57,718 bases of DNA, taken from Patescibacteria group bacterium (GTDB lineage: Bacteria; Patescibacteriota; Doudnabacteria; UBA920). Both the position numbers and the translations under genes were made by a program. Where the stretch lies: NCBI GenBank assembly GCA_013387205.1, contig WARV01000007.1, positions 1-57,718 on the forward strand. Reading direction: 5' to 3'. Shown here in pieces: positions 7,133-17,122 of this stretch (the first letter of the stretch is position 1; every line of letters begins with the position of its first letter). The notes under the pieces were generated by a model, which ran no database searches, had not been told where the DNA came from, and worked only from the letters and a program-made list of their open reading frames with translations.

Positions 7133-10100
7133 ATGGATATAACCGAACAAAATCAAAACCCCCAAACAACCGTAAAAACTTCCGACCAGCGCTATTTGGA
7201 CAAATTAGAGTTTAATCCGGAACTCAGGAAAACCTGGCTGAATTTTTTCGTGTCAAATTTCCGTGTGGTTATTTTACTGATTATCTTGGTCAGCGCGGCA
7301 GGTCTTTATTCTTTTTTCAAGTTGCCGCGCGAATCCAATCCGGAAGTAAAAATTCCAATTGCCGTTGTAACCACTGTTTACCCGGGAGCCAGTCCGGCTG
7401 ACGTTGAAGAACTGGTCACCAAAAAAATTGAGACGAAAATCTCAGGCTTAAAAGGCATAGACAAAGTCACCTCCACTTCCGCCAACTCCTATTCGGCTGT
7501 AGTGGTAGAATTCGACGCCAAAGAAGACTTGAAAGATTCCATTAGGAGCCTGCGCGACAAGGTTACGGATGCCAAACGCGACCTTCCGGCAGAAGCAAAA
7601 GACCCGGTTGTCTCGGAAATTTCTTTGGATGACCAGCCGGTCCTGACTTTGGTTCTAACCGGCCCTTACGATGGCTACACCATGCGCCAGTACGGCGAAA
7701 CTTTAAAAGACGAACTGGAAAAAATCCCTGGTGTCAGGGAAGTTAGTATTAACGGGGGAGATGAAAAAGAGTTTGCGGTGGAGTATGACCCTGACAAGCT
7801 TTTGTATTACGGAATTTCCGCTGACCAGGCCAACCAGGCCGTTGCCGCGACCAATTTGGGATTTCCTTCCGGAAATTTTGACGGCGAAAAGTTTGTTTAC
7901 CCCATAAGGACAGATTCTAAAGTTTACTCAGCCGAAGACATCGGCAATATTGCGATATCCCATACCGATGCCGGAGGCGTGGTCTTCTTGAAAGATTTGG
8001 CCAAGGTTTCCGAAAGCGTGATAAAAAAATCTACCGTCTCCAGGCTGTCCATCTCCGGCGACAAGCCGCAATCCGCAGTCACTTTAAGCGTGGTTAAAAG
8101 GTCAGGCAGTTCCATTTTGGATACGGTTGACCAGGCCAAAAAAACGGCCGATGCCACTGTAGCGTCGTTTGCCCCGGGGATTAAATATGACGCGACCATG
8201 GATATGGCAAAATTCGTCAGGCGTGATTTTGACCAGCTGACCCACGACTTCATTTTAACTTTGCTTTTGGTGTTCGGGATTTTGTTTGTAATTGTCGGGC
8301 TCAAGGAAGCATTTGTGGCAGGCTTGGCCATTCCTTTAACTTTCTTCGTCACCTTTACTGCGCTAAAAATAATCGGAATTTCCTTGAACTTCCTGTCGCT
8401 GTTTTCTTTAATTTTGGCATTAGGCCTTTTGGTTGATGACGCCATTGTCGTGGTTTCTGCCACCAAGCAATATTTGAAGTCCGGAAAATTCACTCCGGAA
8501 GAAGCCGTGCTTTTGGTGCTTAACGATTTCAAGGTCGTTTTGACCACCACAACGCTCACTACGGTTTGGGCGTTTTTGCCGCTGCTGTTTTCCACGGGGA
8601 TAATGGGCGAATACTTAAAATCCATTCCTATTACCGTATCCATTACTTTAATCGGCTCCCTTTTGGTGGCTTTGATGATCAACCATCCTTTGGCCGCGGT
8701 CTTAGAACGCATCCGCTTGACCAGGAGATTCTTCTGGCTGGTGGAAATTTTAGTTTTGGTTTTTGCCGGAATATTTTTCTATTATGGCGAATGGATGGGA
8801 TATGTCATGGGAACCATTTTAACCGCCAGTCTGGCTTGGGCCATGTGGTGGTATGAAAAGGGCGGCCATAGGGTTTTGGTTGAAAATGAAGTTTTGTCCC
8901 ATGCCGAATGGGGCAGCGACGAGCTGATAAAAAAGAAGCTGCAGGAGCAATCCAGCCATAAAAACCCGTCTTTAACCAGCCGGCTCATGCACGGGGTTGT
9001 GCATTTTGACAGAGTTTTGCCGATTTACGAAAAGTATCTGCGCAAAGTGATATCCACGAAAAAACAGAGAAGGTGGGTTTTGGGAATTGTCACGCTTTTG
9101 TTTATTTTAGCGGCGGCTATGCCTGCTTTCGGCATTGTCAAAAGCGAATTTTTTCCTCCCTCAGACAGCGATTATGTTTACGTGGATATACGCACGCCTG
9201 TCGGCCAAAAACTTTCGGAAACCGATTTGGCCACCAGGAAAGTGGAAGAAAAACTTTTGGATTACCCTGAGATCGCCAATTTTTCTACCATTGTCGGCCA
9301 TCCCGGACCAATGTCCCAAAGCAGCAGGAACCAGACTAACCTGGCTTCAATTACTATTACTTTAAAGGACAAGAAAATCAGGAAAATAAAATCTTACGAT
9401 TTCGCGAACAGGCTCAGGAGGGAATTACCCAGTTTCGATAATGCTACTGTAACTATATCCGCCCCGGAAGGCGGGCCGCCTGCAGGAAGCGCGTTTGAAG
9501 CCAGGATAAAAGGGGACGACCTCGTTAAGCTCGACAAAATCGCCAGGGACTTGGAGCCGAAACTGGCTTCCGTTCCGGGTGTGGTTAACGTGGATATTTC
9601 CCTTAAGGAGAGTTCGCCCGAATACACTTTTTCTTTGGATCCGGTTAAGCTGGAGCAGAATTATTTGAACGCAGCCTATGTCGGTTCAACTTTGCGCATG
9701 GCTATTTCCGGTTCGGATGTTTCCAGCGTGGTGACCGGCGGCAAGGAAATAAAAATCGTCGGCCGCTTTGACGAATACAGGATACCAAAACTGGAAGACG
9801 TGCAGAATTTGCAGATTTTGAATTTGCGCAAGCAGCCTGTGTTCTTAAAAGATGTGGCAAAAATAGAACTGAAGCCTTCGGTGGATTCCATCACCCGCAT
9901 TGACCAAAAGCGCACGGTCTTGCTTTCTTCGGGGGCAGGCGCAGGAACCAACTCCAACCTGATTTTGGCAGATTTCAAAAAGAACATAGCGGATTACCAG
10001 CTGCCTTCCGGCTATAGTATTGTCTATGGCGGACAAAATGAGACCAACCAGGAGTCCGTGGTCTCGGTCATTCGGGCCATGGTTATTGCCATGGTGTTAA

Positions 10101-10546
10101 TAGTGGCAACGCTCATTGTGCAGTTTAACTCTTTCCGCAAAGCCTTTATGGTTTTAGTAACTATTCCTTTGGCGCTTATCGGCGTGTTCTTCGGCATGGC
10201 TTTGCTTAACGTGCACTTGAGCTTTCCGGGACTCATTGGAGTTTTGGCTTTGTTCGGGATTGTGGTGAAAAATGCTATCATCTTGGTAGACAAAATTAAC
10301 CTGAACATAAAAAGCGGCATTCCGTTTTTCGATTCAGTGGTAGATGCCGGCAAGTCCAGGATGGAAGCCATCTTCATCACTTCCATCTGTACAATTTTCG
10401 GTATTTTGCCCATCACTTTGTCCAACGACATGTGGCGGGCCTTGGGCAGTGCTGTGATTTTCGGGCTCATGCTGTCATCTTTCCTGACCTTATTCATTAT
10501 CCCGACCCTTTACGTGGCCTGGATTAAAGAAGACGAGAAGTTCTAG
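7133..10546 (+). CDS. RND-family efflux transporter (AcrB/AcrD/AcrF-like), 1137 aa
   Basis: Two large extracytoplasmic loops flanked by TM bundles. Motifs GLLVDDAIVVV and GIVVKNAIILVD. Starts 13 nt after the adaptor gene. Confidence 0.9.
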   Translation: MDITEQNQNPQTTVKTSDQRYLDKLEFNPELRKTWLNFFVSNFRVVILLIILVSAAGLYSFFKLPRESNPEVKIPIAVVTTVYPGASPADVEELVTKKIETKISGLKGIDKVTSTSANSYSAVVVEFDAKEDLKDSIRSLRDKVTDAKRDLPAEAKDPVVSEISLDDQPVLTLVLTGPYDGYTMRQYGETLKDELEKIPGVREVSINGGDEKEFAVEYDPDKLLYYGISADQANQAVAATNLGFPSGNFDGEKFVYPIRTDSKVYSAEDIGNIAISHTDAGGVVFLKDLAKVSESVIKKSTVSRLSISGDKPQSAVTLSVVKRSGSSILDTVDQAKKTADATVASFAPGIKYDATMDMAKFVRRDFDQLTHDFILTLLLVFGILFVIVGLKEAFVAGLAIPLTFFVTFTALKIIGISLNFLSLFSLILALGLLVDDAIVVVSATKQYLKSGKFTPEEAVLLVLNDFKVVLTTTTLTTVWAFLPLLFSTGIMGEYLKSIPITVSITLIGSLLVALMINHPLAAVLERIRLTRRFFWLVEILVLVFAGIFFYYGEWMGYVMGTILTASLAWAMWWYEKGGHRVLVENEVLSHAEWGSDELIKKKLQEQSSHKNPSLTSRLMHGVVHFDRVLPIYEKYLRKVISTKKQRRWVLGIVTLLFILAAAMPAFGIVKSEFFPPSDSDYVYVDIRTPVGQKLSETDLATRKVEEKLLDYPEIANFSTIVGHPGPMSQSSRNQTNLASITITLKDKKIRKIKSYDFANRLRRELPSFDNATVTISAPEGGPPAGSAFEARIKGDDLVKLDKIARDLEPKLASVPGVVNVDISLKESSPEYTFSLDPVKLEQNYLNAAYVGSTLRMAISGSDVSSVVTGGKEIKIVGRFDEYRIPKLEDVQNLQILNLRKQPVFLKDVAKIELKPSVDSITRIDQKRTVLLSSGAGAGTNSNLILADFKKNIADYQLPSGYSIVYGGQNETNQESVVSVIRAMVIAMVLIVATLIVQFNSFRKAFMVLVTIPLALIGVFFGMALLNVHLSFPGLIGVLALFGIVVKNAIILVDKINLNIKSGIPFFDSVVDAGKSRMEAIFITSICTIFGILPITLSNDMWRALGSAVIFGLMLSSFLTLFIIPTLYVAWIKEDEKF

Positions 10547-10572
10547 AATTTGCTTTAATTAAAGCAAAATTC
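10546..10572 (+). terminator. Hairpin after the RND gene
   Basis: gaatttgcttt-aatt-aaagcaaaattc, overlapping the stop codon. Confidence 0.5.
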
Positions 10573-10602
10573 CCAAAAATAGAAATCGCCAATGTTTATG
10601 GG

Positions 10603-10642
10603 CAAATGAATACCTCAACCGTACGGTTGAGGTATTCATTTG
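10603..10642. repeat. Perfect 40-nt palindrome, CTCAACCGTACGGTTGAG family
   Basis: caaatgaatacctcaaccgt|acggttgaggtattcatttg. Confidence 0.85.
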
Positions 10643-11038
10643 CTTGATTTTATTGGGGAAAATAAAACATAAGACAAACGCGAGGAAATTTTGTAATTGC
10701 CGTTACAAGCTTCAAATGATATGATTCTTTTAAGGCTTATTATGAAAGGCCTGAAACCTGCCGCCAGCCCGCTACGGGTATGAGACCAGATAAAATGAGG
10801 AAGCGGAGCTTCCACTTTGATAAGGAAACTGCCCTGATGCTCCACTGCTTGCAGTGGAGTCAGTTTCATAATTTGCCAGATAAGAAGCCATGAAATATTT
10901 AAGCCATCATTTTGTATTAACTAAGGGATAATTTTTAAACTTGGTACGATAATGCCGGCAAACACGGTCCGATTTTAGTGCAAGTTTCGCCAAACTATTC
11001 AAATTAACCAGAGTGTTTAACAACAAGCTTTAAATAAA

Positions 11039-12745
11039 ATGAAAGAATTTTACGCTAAACATAAGAAAAAAATAATCATTGTTGCAGTCATCCTTGTTGC
11101 CGGCGGAATTTACTGGAAATTCTTTTACAAAAAAGCGGACGCGCAGGTCCGGTATGTTTTGGAAACCGCTTCAAAGCAAACCATTACCCAAGCCATCAGC
11201 GGCAGCGGCCAGGTTAAAGCCTTAAGCCAGCTGGATATTAAGCCTTTGGTTTCCGGAACATTGGTGCAAATGAAAGTTAAAGATGGCGACCAGGTTAAAG
11301 CAGGCCAAGTCTTGGCAGTGGTTGACCAAAGGAACGCCGCGGCTTCTTTGGCCCAGGCAAAAGCCAGCCTCGATTCGGCCGAGGCTAATTACCAGAAAGT
11401 CATCAGTGGTGCTACTAATCAGGAACTTGCCGTTAATCAACTTTCGGTCCAATCGGCCCAGAACGGTTTGGATAAAGCGAATAAGGATTTGGATTCAACA
11501 AAGCGCCAGCAGGACACTCTGGTGGGCAATGCTTACCGTAACATGTTAAATTCAGGCTTAGCCGCAACGCCTGGTTCCGGCAATACTGGCAGTTCGACCG
11601 TCACGGTTTCAGGCGCTTACATTGGCACAGACCAAGGATCTTACACAATCAGCATATATGCAACAGGAGGAGGTTTAAGGTTTTCTTATTCCGGTCTGGA
11701 AACCGGTGATGGCTTGGTTGACACTGTCCCTAAGCCGCTTGGAACCAAAGGATTGTACGTCCAGTTTTCTTCAACGAGTATTCCGGTAAATAATGTTTGG
11801 ACTGTATCTTTGCCAAATGTTACATCTTCCGGATATTTAAACAGCTATAATTCTTACCAATCCGCTTTGCAAAGCCGCCAGGACGCGATTGATAACGCCC
11901 AGCAGGCGATAGTGTCAGCGCAAAACAGCCTGGACCAGGCCAAAGCAAATCTTGCTTTAAAACAGGAACCGGCAACTGCTGACCAGATTGCTTCCGCCCA
12001 GGCCCAAGTCAGCAGCGCCAAAGCCCAGCTGCTTAACGCATCAACCGCTTATTCCAATACGATAATAACCGCGCCTTTCGACGGGGCCATTACCCAAGCG
12101 GACGCCAAAGTTGGGGACCAGGCCAGCCCTAGCACGGCAATTGCGGTTTTGCTGACTAACCAGAAAGTCGTGGAAATATCTTTGAACGAAGTTGATGTGG
12201 CCAAAGTGCAAGTCGGGCAAAAAGCCACTATCACGTTCGATGCATTGTCGGATTTGTCTTTAACCGGCCATATCACTCAAATCGACCTTGTTGGCACGGT
12301 CAGCCAGGGTGTCGTGTCTTATAACGTGCAGATTTCTTTAGACAACCAAGATGACAGGATAAAACCGGGTATGAGCGCCAATGCTAACATTATTTTGGAC
12401 GTAAAGACAGATGTGTTAGCCGTGCCTAATAGCGCGATAAAGACACTGGGCAATAATTCTTATGTGGAAGTTTTGGCAAATCCTCCGGCTAACGCAAGCG
12501 ACCCGTCTGGCGTTATAAGCGTCACCCCGCCGGTCCAGAAACCAGTGCAGATTGGCATGTCAAACGATGAAGTGACAGAAATAACAAGCGGCCTTAACGA
12601 AGGCGACAGCGTGGTGGTGCAAACCGTAAATCCAGCTGCAACCAAAACTACCCAAACCCAGTCGAGCGGAGGCTTTGGCCTTCCGGGCGTAGGAGGCGGC
12701 GGTAATTTTAACAGGGTAATAAGGAGCACAAGTACTGGCAGGTAA
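11039..12745 (+). CDS. Efflux periplasmic adaptor (MacA/HlyD family), paralogue of 5555-7120 with the same inserted domain
   Basis: N-terminal [14 protein letters not shown], coiled coil, [19 protein letters not shown], and a C-terminal Gly-rich tail. Confidence 0.85.
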   Translation: MKEFYAKHKKKIIIVAVILVAGGIYWKFFYKKADAQVRYVLETASKQTITQAISGSGQVKALSQLDIKPLVSGTLVQMKVKDGDQVKAGQVLAVVDQRNAAASLAQAKASLDSAEANYQKVISGATNQELAVNQLSVQSAQNGLDKANKDLDSTKRQQDTLVGNAYRNMLNSGLAATPGSGNTGSSTVTVSGAYIGTDQGSYTISIYATGGGLRFSYSGLETGDGLVDTVPKPLGTKGLYVQFSSTSIPVNNVWTVSLPNVTSSGYLNSYNSYQSALQSRQDAIDNAQQAIVSAQNSLDQAKANLALKQEPATADQIASAQAQVSSAKAQLLNASTAYSNTIITAPFDGAITQADAKVGDQASPSTAIAVLLTNQKVVEISLNEVDVAKVQVGQKATITFDALSDLSLTGHITQIDLVGTVSQGVVSYNVQISLDNQDDRIKPGMSANANIILDVKTDVLAVPNSAIKTLGNNSYVEVLANPPANASDPSGVISVTPPVQKPVQIGMSNDEVTEITSGLNEGDSVVVQTVNPAATKTTQTQSSGGFGLPGVGGGGNFNRVIRSTSTGR

Positions 12746-12755
12746 TTTTCCTACC

Positions 12756-13457
12756 ATGATAAAAATCCAAAACATTTCAAAATTATATAAGAGCGGCAAT
12801 GGTATAGAAACTTTGGCGTTGAAAGACGTTAGTTTCAACATTAACGATGGGGAATTCGTGGCTATTATGGGGCCATCGGGCAGCGGCAAATCGACCTTAA
12901 TGCACATTTTGGGCGCACTTGATACGCCAACCAGCGGAAAATATTTTTTGGACGAAAAGGATGTTTCGCAGATGACGGAAAACGAGCTGGCGAAAATCCG
13001 CAGAGAGCAGATTGGTTTCGTCTTCCAGGCTTTCAATTTACTGCCGCGCGCGTCCGTGCTGAGGAATGTCACGCTGCCTTTAATGTATGCGGAAATACCA
13101 AAAACCAAGAGGCAGGAACAAGCGGTTAAATCCCTGCATATGGCCGGGCTTAACGAAACGCACTTCGGGCATTTTTCCAACCAGCTGTCCGGCGGACAGA
13201 TGCAGCGCGTGGCCATTGCCAGGGCTTTGGTAAATAATCCCAAATTGATTTTAGCCGACGAGCCGACCGGGAATTTGGATACGCAAACCGGAGAATTGGT
13301 TTTGGGATCTTTTCAGGATTTAAACGAGCACGGGCACACGATTGTCATAATTACCCACGAACTCGATGTAGCCGCGCATGCCAAGCGCATAATCCATATC
13401 AGGGACGGGCGGATGGTGAAGGATGAAATTAACACTAACCAAATAAAGTTGAAATAG
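12756..13457 (+). CDS. ABC transporter ATP-binding protein, MacB/LolD/FtsE type
   Basis: Walker [10 protein letters not shown], signature [15 protein letters not shown], Walker [14 protein letters not shown]-loop ITHE. Confidence 0.95.
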   Translation: MIKIQNISKLYKSGNGIETLALKDVSFNINDGEFVAIMGPSGSGKSTLMHILGALDTPTSGKYFLDEKDVSQMTENELAKIRREQIGFVFQAFNLLPRASVLRNVTLPLMYAEIPKTKRQEQAVKSLHMAGLNETHFGHFSNQLSGGQMQRVAIARALVNNPKLILADEPTGNLDTQTGELVLGSFQDLNEHGHTIVIITHELDVAAHAKRIIHIRDGRMVKDEINTNQIKLK

Positions 13458-13458
13458 C

Positions 13459-14682
13459 ATGATTACTAGCGATTTAATCTCCGAGACATATTGGGCGCTT
13501 TCCGGCAATAAAATCAGGTCGGCTTTGACAATGCTTGGAATAATTATCGGCATTAGTTCGGTTATTGCCATGGTTTCCATTGGGCAGGGTGCAAAAAATA
13601 ATATTGAACAGAGCATCCAGTCTGTCGGTTCGAACTTGATTATTGTCATGCCTGGCGCGCAGCGGGGAGTCGGCGTGCAGATTTCAAGCGGCCGCGGCAG
13701 CGCGCAGACTTTAACGCAGGAGGACGCTAATGCGATTTCAGGCAGCGTCAGCTTGGCCCAAGCCGTGGCGCCGGAACTGTCCCGAAGATATCAGGTGACA
13801 ACCAAAGGAAAAAATACCAACACCCAGGTGACTGGCACTGTGCCGCAGTATCTGGAAGTCAGGAATATCCAGATTGGGCAGGGTAGCTTTATCACCGACC
13901 AGCAGTCAAAGAGCGCGGCTAAAGTTGCGGTCCTCGGGCCAACCACGCGCGATGACTTGTTTGGGGCTAACGCCAACGCCATTGGCCAGGATGTAAAAAT
14001 CAACAATATGGAATTTAAGGTTATTGGCATAACCCAAGCCAAAGGCGGCAGCGGGTTTAGTAATCCCGATGACGCAGTGTATATTCCTCTGGCCACTGCG
14101 CAAAGGTATTTGGCAGGGGATACTTATGTCAGCGACATAAGCGTAAAAGCGCAAAGCCAGCAAGTCATGGCAACTGTCCAGCAGCAAATTACGGATTTGC
14201 TTTTGTCACGCCATCATATCAGCAATCCGCAGCTGGCTGATTTTAACGTCATCAACCAGGCTGATATTGTCGCGGCAGCAGGATCGGTTACTAATACTTT
14301 CACTTTGCTGTTGGCGTCCATCGCCGGCATTAGCTTGCTTGTAGGCGGGATAGGGATTATGAACATGATGCTGACTACTGTCACTGAGCGTACCAGGGAA
14401 ATTGGCCTTCGCAAAGCTATTGGCGCGGAGAGCGGCGATATTAACAGGCAGTTTTTGGCCGAGGCGGTAATGCTTACCTTTTTGGGCGGAGTTGCAGGGG
14501 TGTTGTTCGGCTGGGTAATGTCCCTGATAATTTCTCATTTTTCCAGCTTACAGACATCAATATCATTTTCTTCAATCCTTTTAGCTTTCGGAGTTTCCGC
14601 TACCATTGGCATAGTGTTTGGATATTACCCTGCCAGGCGCGCTTCCAAGCTTAATCCGATAGAGGCGTTGAGATACGAATAA
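13459..14682 (+). CDS. ABC transporter permease, MacB/FtsX type
   Basis: N-terminal TM, an extracytoplasmic domain of about 220 aa, three C-terminal TMs, and TERTREIGLRKAIGA. Starts 2 nt after the ATPase stop. Confidence 0.9.
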   Translation: MITSDLISETYWALSGNKIRSALTMLGIIIGISSVIAMVSIGQGAKNNIEQSIQSVGSNLIIVMPGAQRGVGVQISSGRGSAQTLTQEDANAISGSVSLAQAVAPELSRRYQVTTKGKNTNTQVTGTVPQYLEVRNIQIGQGSFITDQQSKSAAKVAVLGPTTRDDLFGANANAIGQDVKINNMEFKVIGITQAKGGSGFSNPDDAVYIPLATAQRYLAGDTYVSDISVKAQSQQVMATVQQQITDLLLSRHHISNPQLADFNVINQADIVAAAGSVTNTFTLLLASIAGISLLVGGIGIMNMMLTTVTERTREIGLRKAIGAESGDINRQFLAEAVMLTFLGGVAGVLFGWVMSLIISHFSSLQTSISFSSILLAFGVSATIGIVFGYYPARRASKLNPIEALRYE

Positions 14683-14694
14683 CTTCTACTATCT

Positions 14695-14807
14695 TCTACT
14701 AAATACTAAAAGGTACTAAATATACTAAATCACATCAAGTATACTTAATTGATACCACCGCTGGTATATAGCTTTAGTATATTTAGTATTAATTAGTATT
14801 TAGTAGA
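14695..14807. repeat. 113-nt MITE-like palindromic element (TCTACTAAATACTAAA arms), copy 1
   Basis: Left arm tctactaaatactaaaaggtactaaatatactaaa (14695-14729) pairs with the right arm at 14773-14807. It is homologous in inverted orientation to 52147-52258. Confidence 0.8.
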
Positions 14808-14856
14808 AAAAAATTTAATTAAAAGTTTAAATTTTTAAAATAATTAACAAAACAAT

Positions 14857-15312
14857 ATGCAAAAGAAAAACATCATCATCGGGTCAGTAATAATAATTTT
14901 AATCGCCGCCGGATCGTTTTATGGCGGAATGGCCTATGAAAAAAAGCAAGTAGCGTCGTCATCCAATACCAGGAATCTTTCCTCAGGCCAGCAAAGGCAA
15001 TTTGCGGGCAATGGAGCTATGATGTTCAGAAGCGGAAACGGACAGAATGCCGGATTTGCCAATGGCGAGGTTATTTCCAAAGACGACAAAGGCCTTACAA
15101 TTAAAATGCGCGATGGCAGCACCAAACTGGTTTTCTTTTCTTCGTCAACCAAATTCCAAAAATCCTCGGACGGTTCCGTATCTGACGTGGAAACCGGCAA
15201 AACTGTTTTGGTCACTGGTCAGGCAGGCAGCGATGGCAGCATAACCGCGCAAACCGTACAGATTGGCGACGTGCTTCGCCCAACTCCTCCTTCCGGCCAA
15301 CCGCAGCAATAA
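14857..15312 (+). CDS. Membrane-anchored secreted protein, DUF5666-like
   Basis: N-terminal TM IIIGSVIIILIAAGSFYGG, then GEVISKDDKGLTIKMRDGS..GKTVLVTGQAGSDGSITAQTVQI. Confidence 0.6.
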   Translation: MQKKNIIIGSVIIILIAAGSFYGGMAYEKKQVASSSNTRNLSSGQQRQFAGNGAMMFRSGNGQNAGFANGEVISKDDKGLTIKMRDGSTKLVFFSSSTKFQKSSDGSVSDVETGKTVLVTGQAGSDGSITAQTVQIGDVLRPTPPSGQPQQ

Positions 15313-15474
15313 TCTACAAATATTATTGACCAATCAACTAATGTAACGAATATTGCCAATGACAACTAATACTTGCTAAACAGGAATTAGTTGTCATTAG
15401 TATGGATTAGCAGATTGGTTAATTTATGGCTTTTATCAACGTCCTATGTTTTAGATAACATAACGACGAAGCTT

Positions 15475-15879
15475 ATGAAGAAAATAATATTTTTAGCCGC
15501 AGGCTTGCTGCTTTTGGCAGCGGCTTGCAATTCAAGCTATAATAGTAGTAATACTAATACCCAAACCCCTGCCTCCAGCAATTCATCTGCCACTGCAACC
15601 GGACAGATAAAACAGTTTACGATAACTGCGAAGAATTTTTCATATACTCCGAATGAAATAAAAGTGAAAAAAGGAGATACCGTGAAAATCACTTTGCAGA
15701 ACACGGAAGATTACCATGATTGGGTCTTGAACCAATATAACGTAAAAATCCCGGGCGTTAATGCTGGGAAAAGCGCAAGCGTGCAGTTTGTGGCTGATAA
15801 AGCCGGAACGTTTGAATTTTATTGTTCAATAAGCAATCATCGCCAGCTGGGCATGAAAGGTAATTTAATTGTGCAGTAA
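15475..15879 (+). CDS. Cupredoxin-like (type-1 copper) lipoprotein
   Basis: Signal plus lipobox LLLLAAAC. Candidate copper ligands are H in YHDW and C-x4-H-x4-M in YCSISNHRQLGM. ATG 15475 was preferred to the track start 15391. Confidence 0.7.
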   Translation: MKKIIFLAAGLLLLAAACNSSYNSSNTNTQTPASSNSSATATGQIKQFTITAKNFSYTPNEIKVKKGDTVKITLQNTEDYHDWVLNQYNVKIPGVNAGKSASVQFVADKAGTFEFYCSISNHRQLGMKGNLIVQ

Positions 15880-15892
15880 GTCATGCTAAAAA

Positions 15893-15918
15893 GCATCCCG
15901 TAAACCGGGATGCTTTTT
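15893..15918. terminator. Bidirectional hairpin terminator between convergent genes
   Basis: gcatcccg-taaac-cgggatgc, followed by ttttt. Confidence 0.7.
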
Positions 15919-15927
15919 GCTGATGTT

Positions 15928-16926
15928 TTACTTTCCGTCTTTTTTCACTATGTCGTAAATATCTTTGGAAATTTCAGCTACTCTGTCCTGTTGGGTTTTT
16001 AAATCCTGTCCTTTAGTCATCACGCACAGCACGTACGGATGGCCAGGGTAGTAAACTATTCCGCATTCATGGAATTGTTGCTCTGTAATTTGCCCGTTTT
16101 CTTCAATCTTGCGCTCGCCGAACTTGTGCGCTACTTCTACCTGTTGCGGCAGCCTGGCAGTTAGTCCCTGGTTGTAATCAATCCTGCTTAAAAGTTTTAA
16201 AGCGTATTCGGAATTTTCTGCCCCCAAATCCGACGCGTTGTAAAGCGTTTCCAAAAAGTTACTGTACATTTTTGGAGACACATAATTGCCCATGGCGATT
16301 TTTTCAATGGAATCGGGAAGGGTGATATCGTCTTCCGAAAAAGTTTTTTTCAGCAGTTCGGGATGCATCTGGTACAAGTTTTCTAAAGCGTTGTTGTCCG
16401 AGCTGATAATCATGGCTTCCAGCAAATCTTTTATGGTGTATGATTTTCCCGGTTCTATGGTGCTGGAAGGGGAAATATTTTCCAGCTTATTATAATCATT
16501 TCCCGGAACCGTAACCTGTTGGGACAAAAATCCGCTATTTTGTCCGGCGTATTCCAAATATCCGATGAGCATGGGAAGCTTTATTAAGCTTGCGGGGATG
16601 AAAGTGTCATCCTGGTTGTAGCCGGCAGAAGTATTATCGTTTAAGTCTTTGTAATAAACTGCGGTTTTAATGTTGCCGCTATTTTGTCCGAGATTGCTTA
16701 AATACCCCCTGATGTTTTGGCTCATTTTTTTATCTGCGCCGTCACTGTCTTGTATGCTGACTATAGGGTTTGTAAAAGTATAGTGGGTGCCTTTTTCCCT
16801 GATGATTCTGTAACTGGATTTTACTGACGGCCGCGGCGTGCGCTTAACGTTTGCCAAAAAGATGATCGCAGCAAATTCGCCCAAAATCACGAAGTAAAGG
16901 GCTTTGTTATTTAATATTTGGGGCAT
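15928..16926 (-). CDS. Serine hydrolase, class-A beta-lactamase / PBP-like
   Basis: N-terminal TM, SxxK (ASLIKLP), SDN (ISSDNNA), and a KTG-like HKFGE. Confidence 0.65.
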   Translation of the reverse strand: MPQILNNKALYFVILGEFAAIIFLANVKRTPRPSVKSSYRIIREKGTHYTFTNPIVSIQDSDGADKKMSQNIRGYLSNLGQNSGNIKTAVYYKDLNDNTSAGYNQDDTFIPASLIKLPMLIGYLEYAGQNSGFLSQQVTVPGNDYNKLENISPSSTIEPGKSYTIKDLLEAMIISSDNNALENLYQMHPELLKKTFSEDDITLPDSIEKIAMGNYVSPKMYSNFLETLYNASDLGAENSEYALKLLSRIDYNQGLTARLPQQVEVAHKFGERKIEENGQITEQQFHECGIVYYPGHPYVLCVMTKGQDLKTQQDRVAEISKDIYDIVKKDGK

Positions 16927-17122
16927 TATGTTTTTTATTTCAGCTCTTTTCGGCCTTAGTTAAGGTTGTATTATCAACAGTATAATGATTGGAAAAAAAA
17001 TAGTCAACGTACGTTTTAACGGCAGAATTTGGCTTATTTGCCGGGAAAGATTTTGGGTATTTTTTCTTTTTGGGAAAAAGTAGTAAAATTAATAGTGGGT
17101 TATCTCTTATATTTTCATTATC

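Noticed and set aside
7924-8712. Long antisense ORFs in the track that lie inside strong genes. Examples are 7924-8712(-), 10024-10497(-), 12560-13243(-), 23548-24018(-), 44038-44520(-), 46752-47342(-), 51316-51837(-) and 54130-54759(-).
   Set aside because: Each lies wholly within a gene that has clear family motifs on the other strand. They have no RBS or motif of their own. They are typical shadow ORFs.
10636-10869. 77-aa minus-strand ORF in the spacer between the efflux modules.
   Set aside because: It has no RBS, no recognisable motif and no obvious promoter. I reported the region as unexplained rather than calling a gene.
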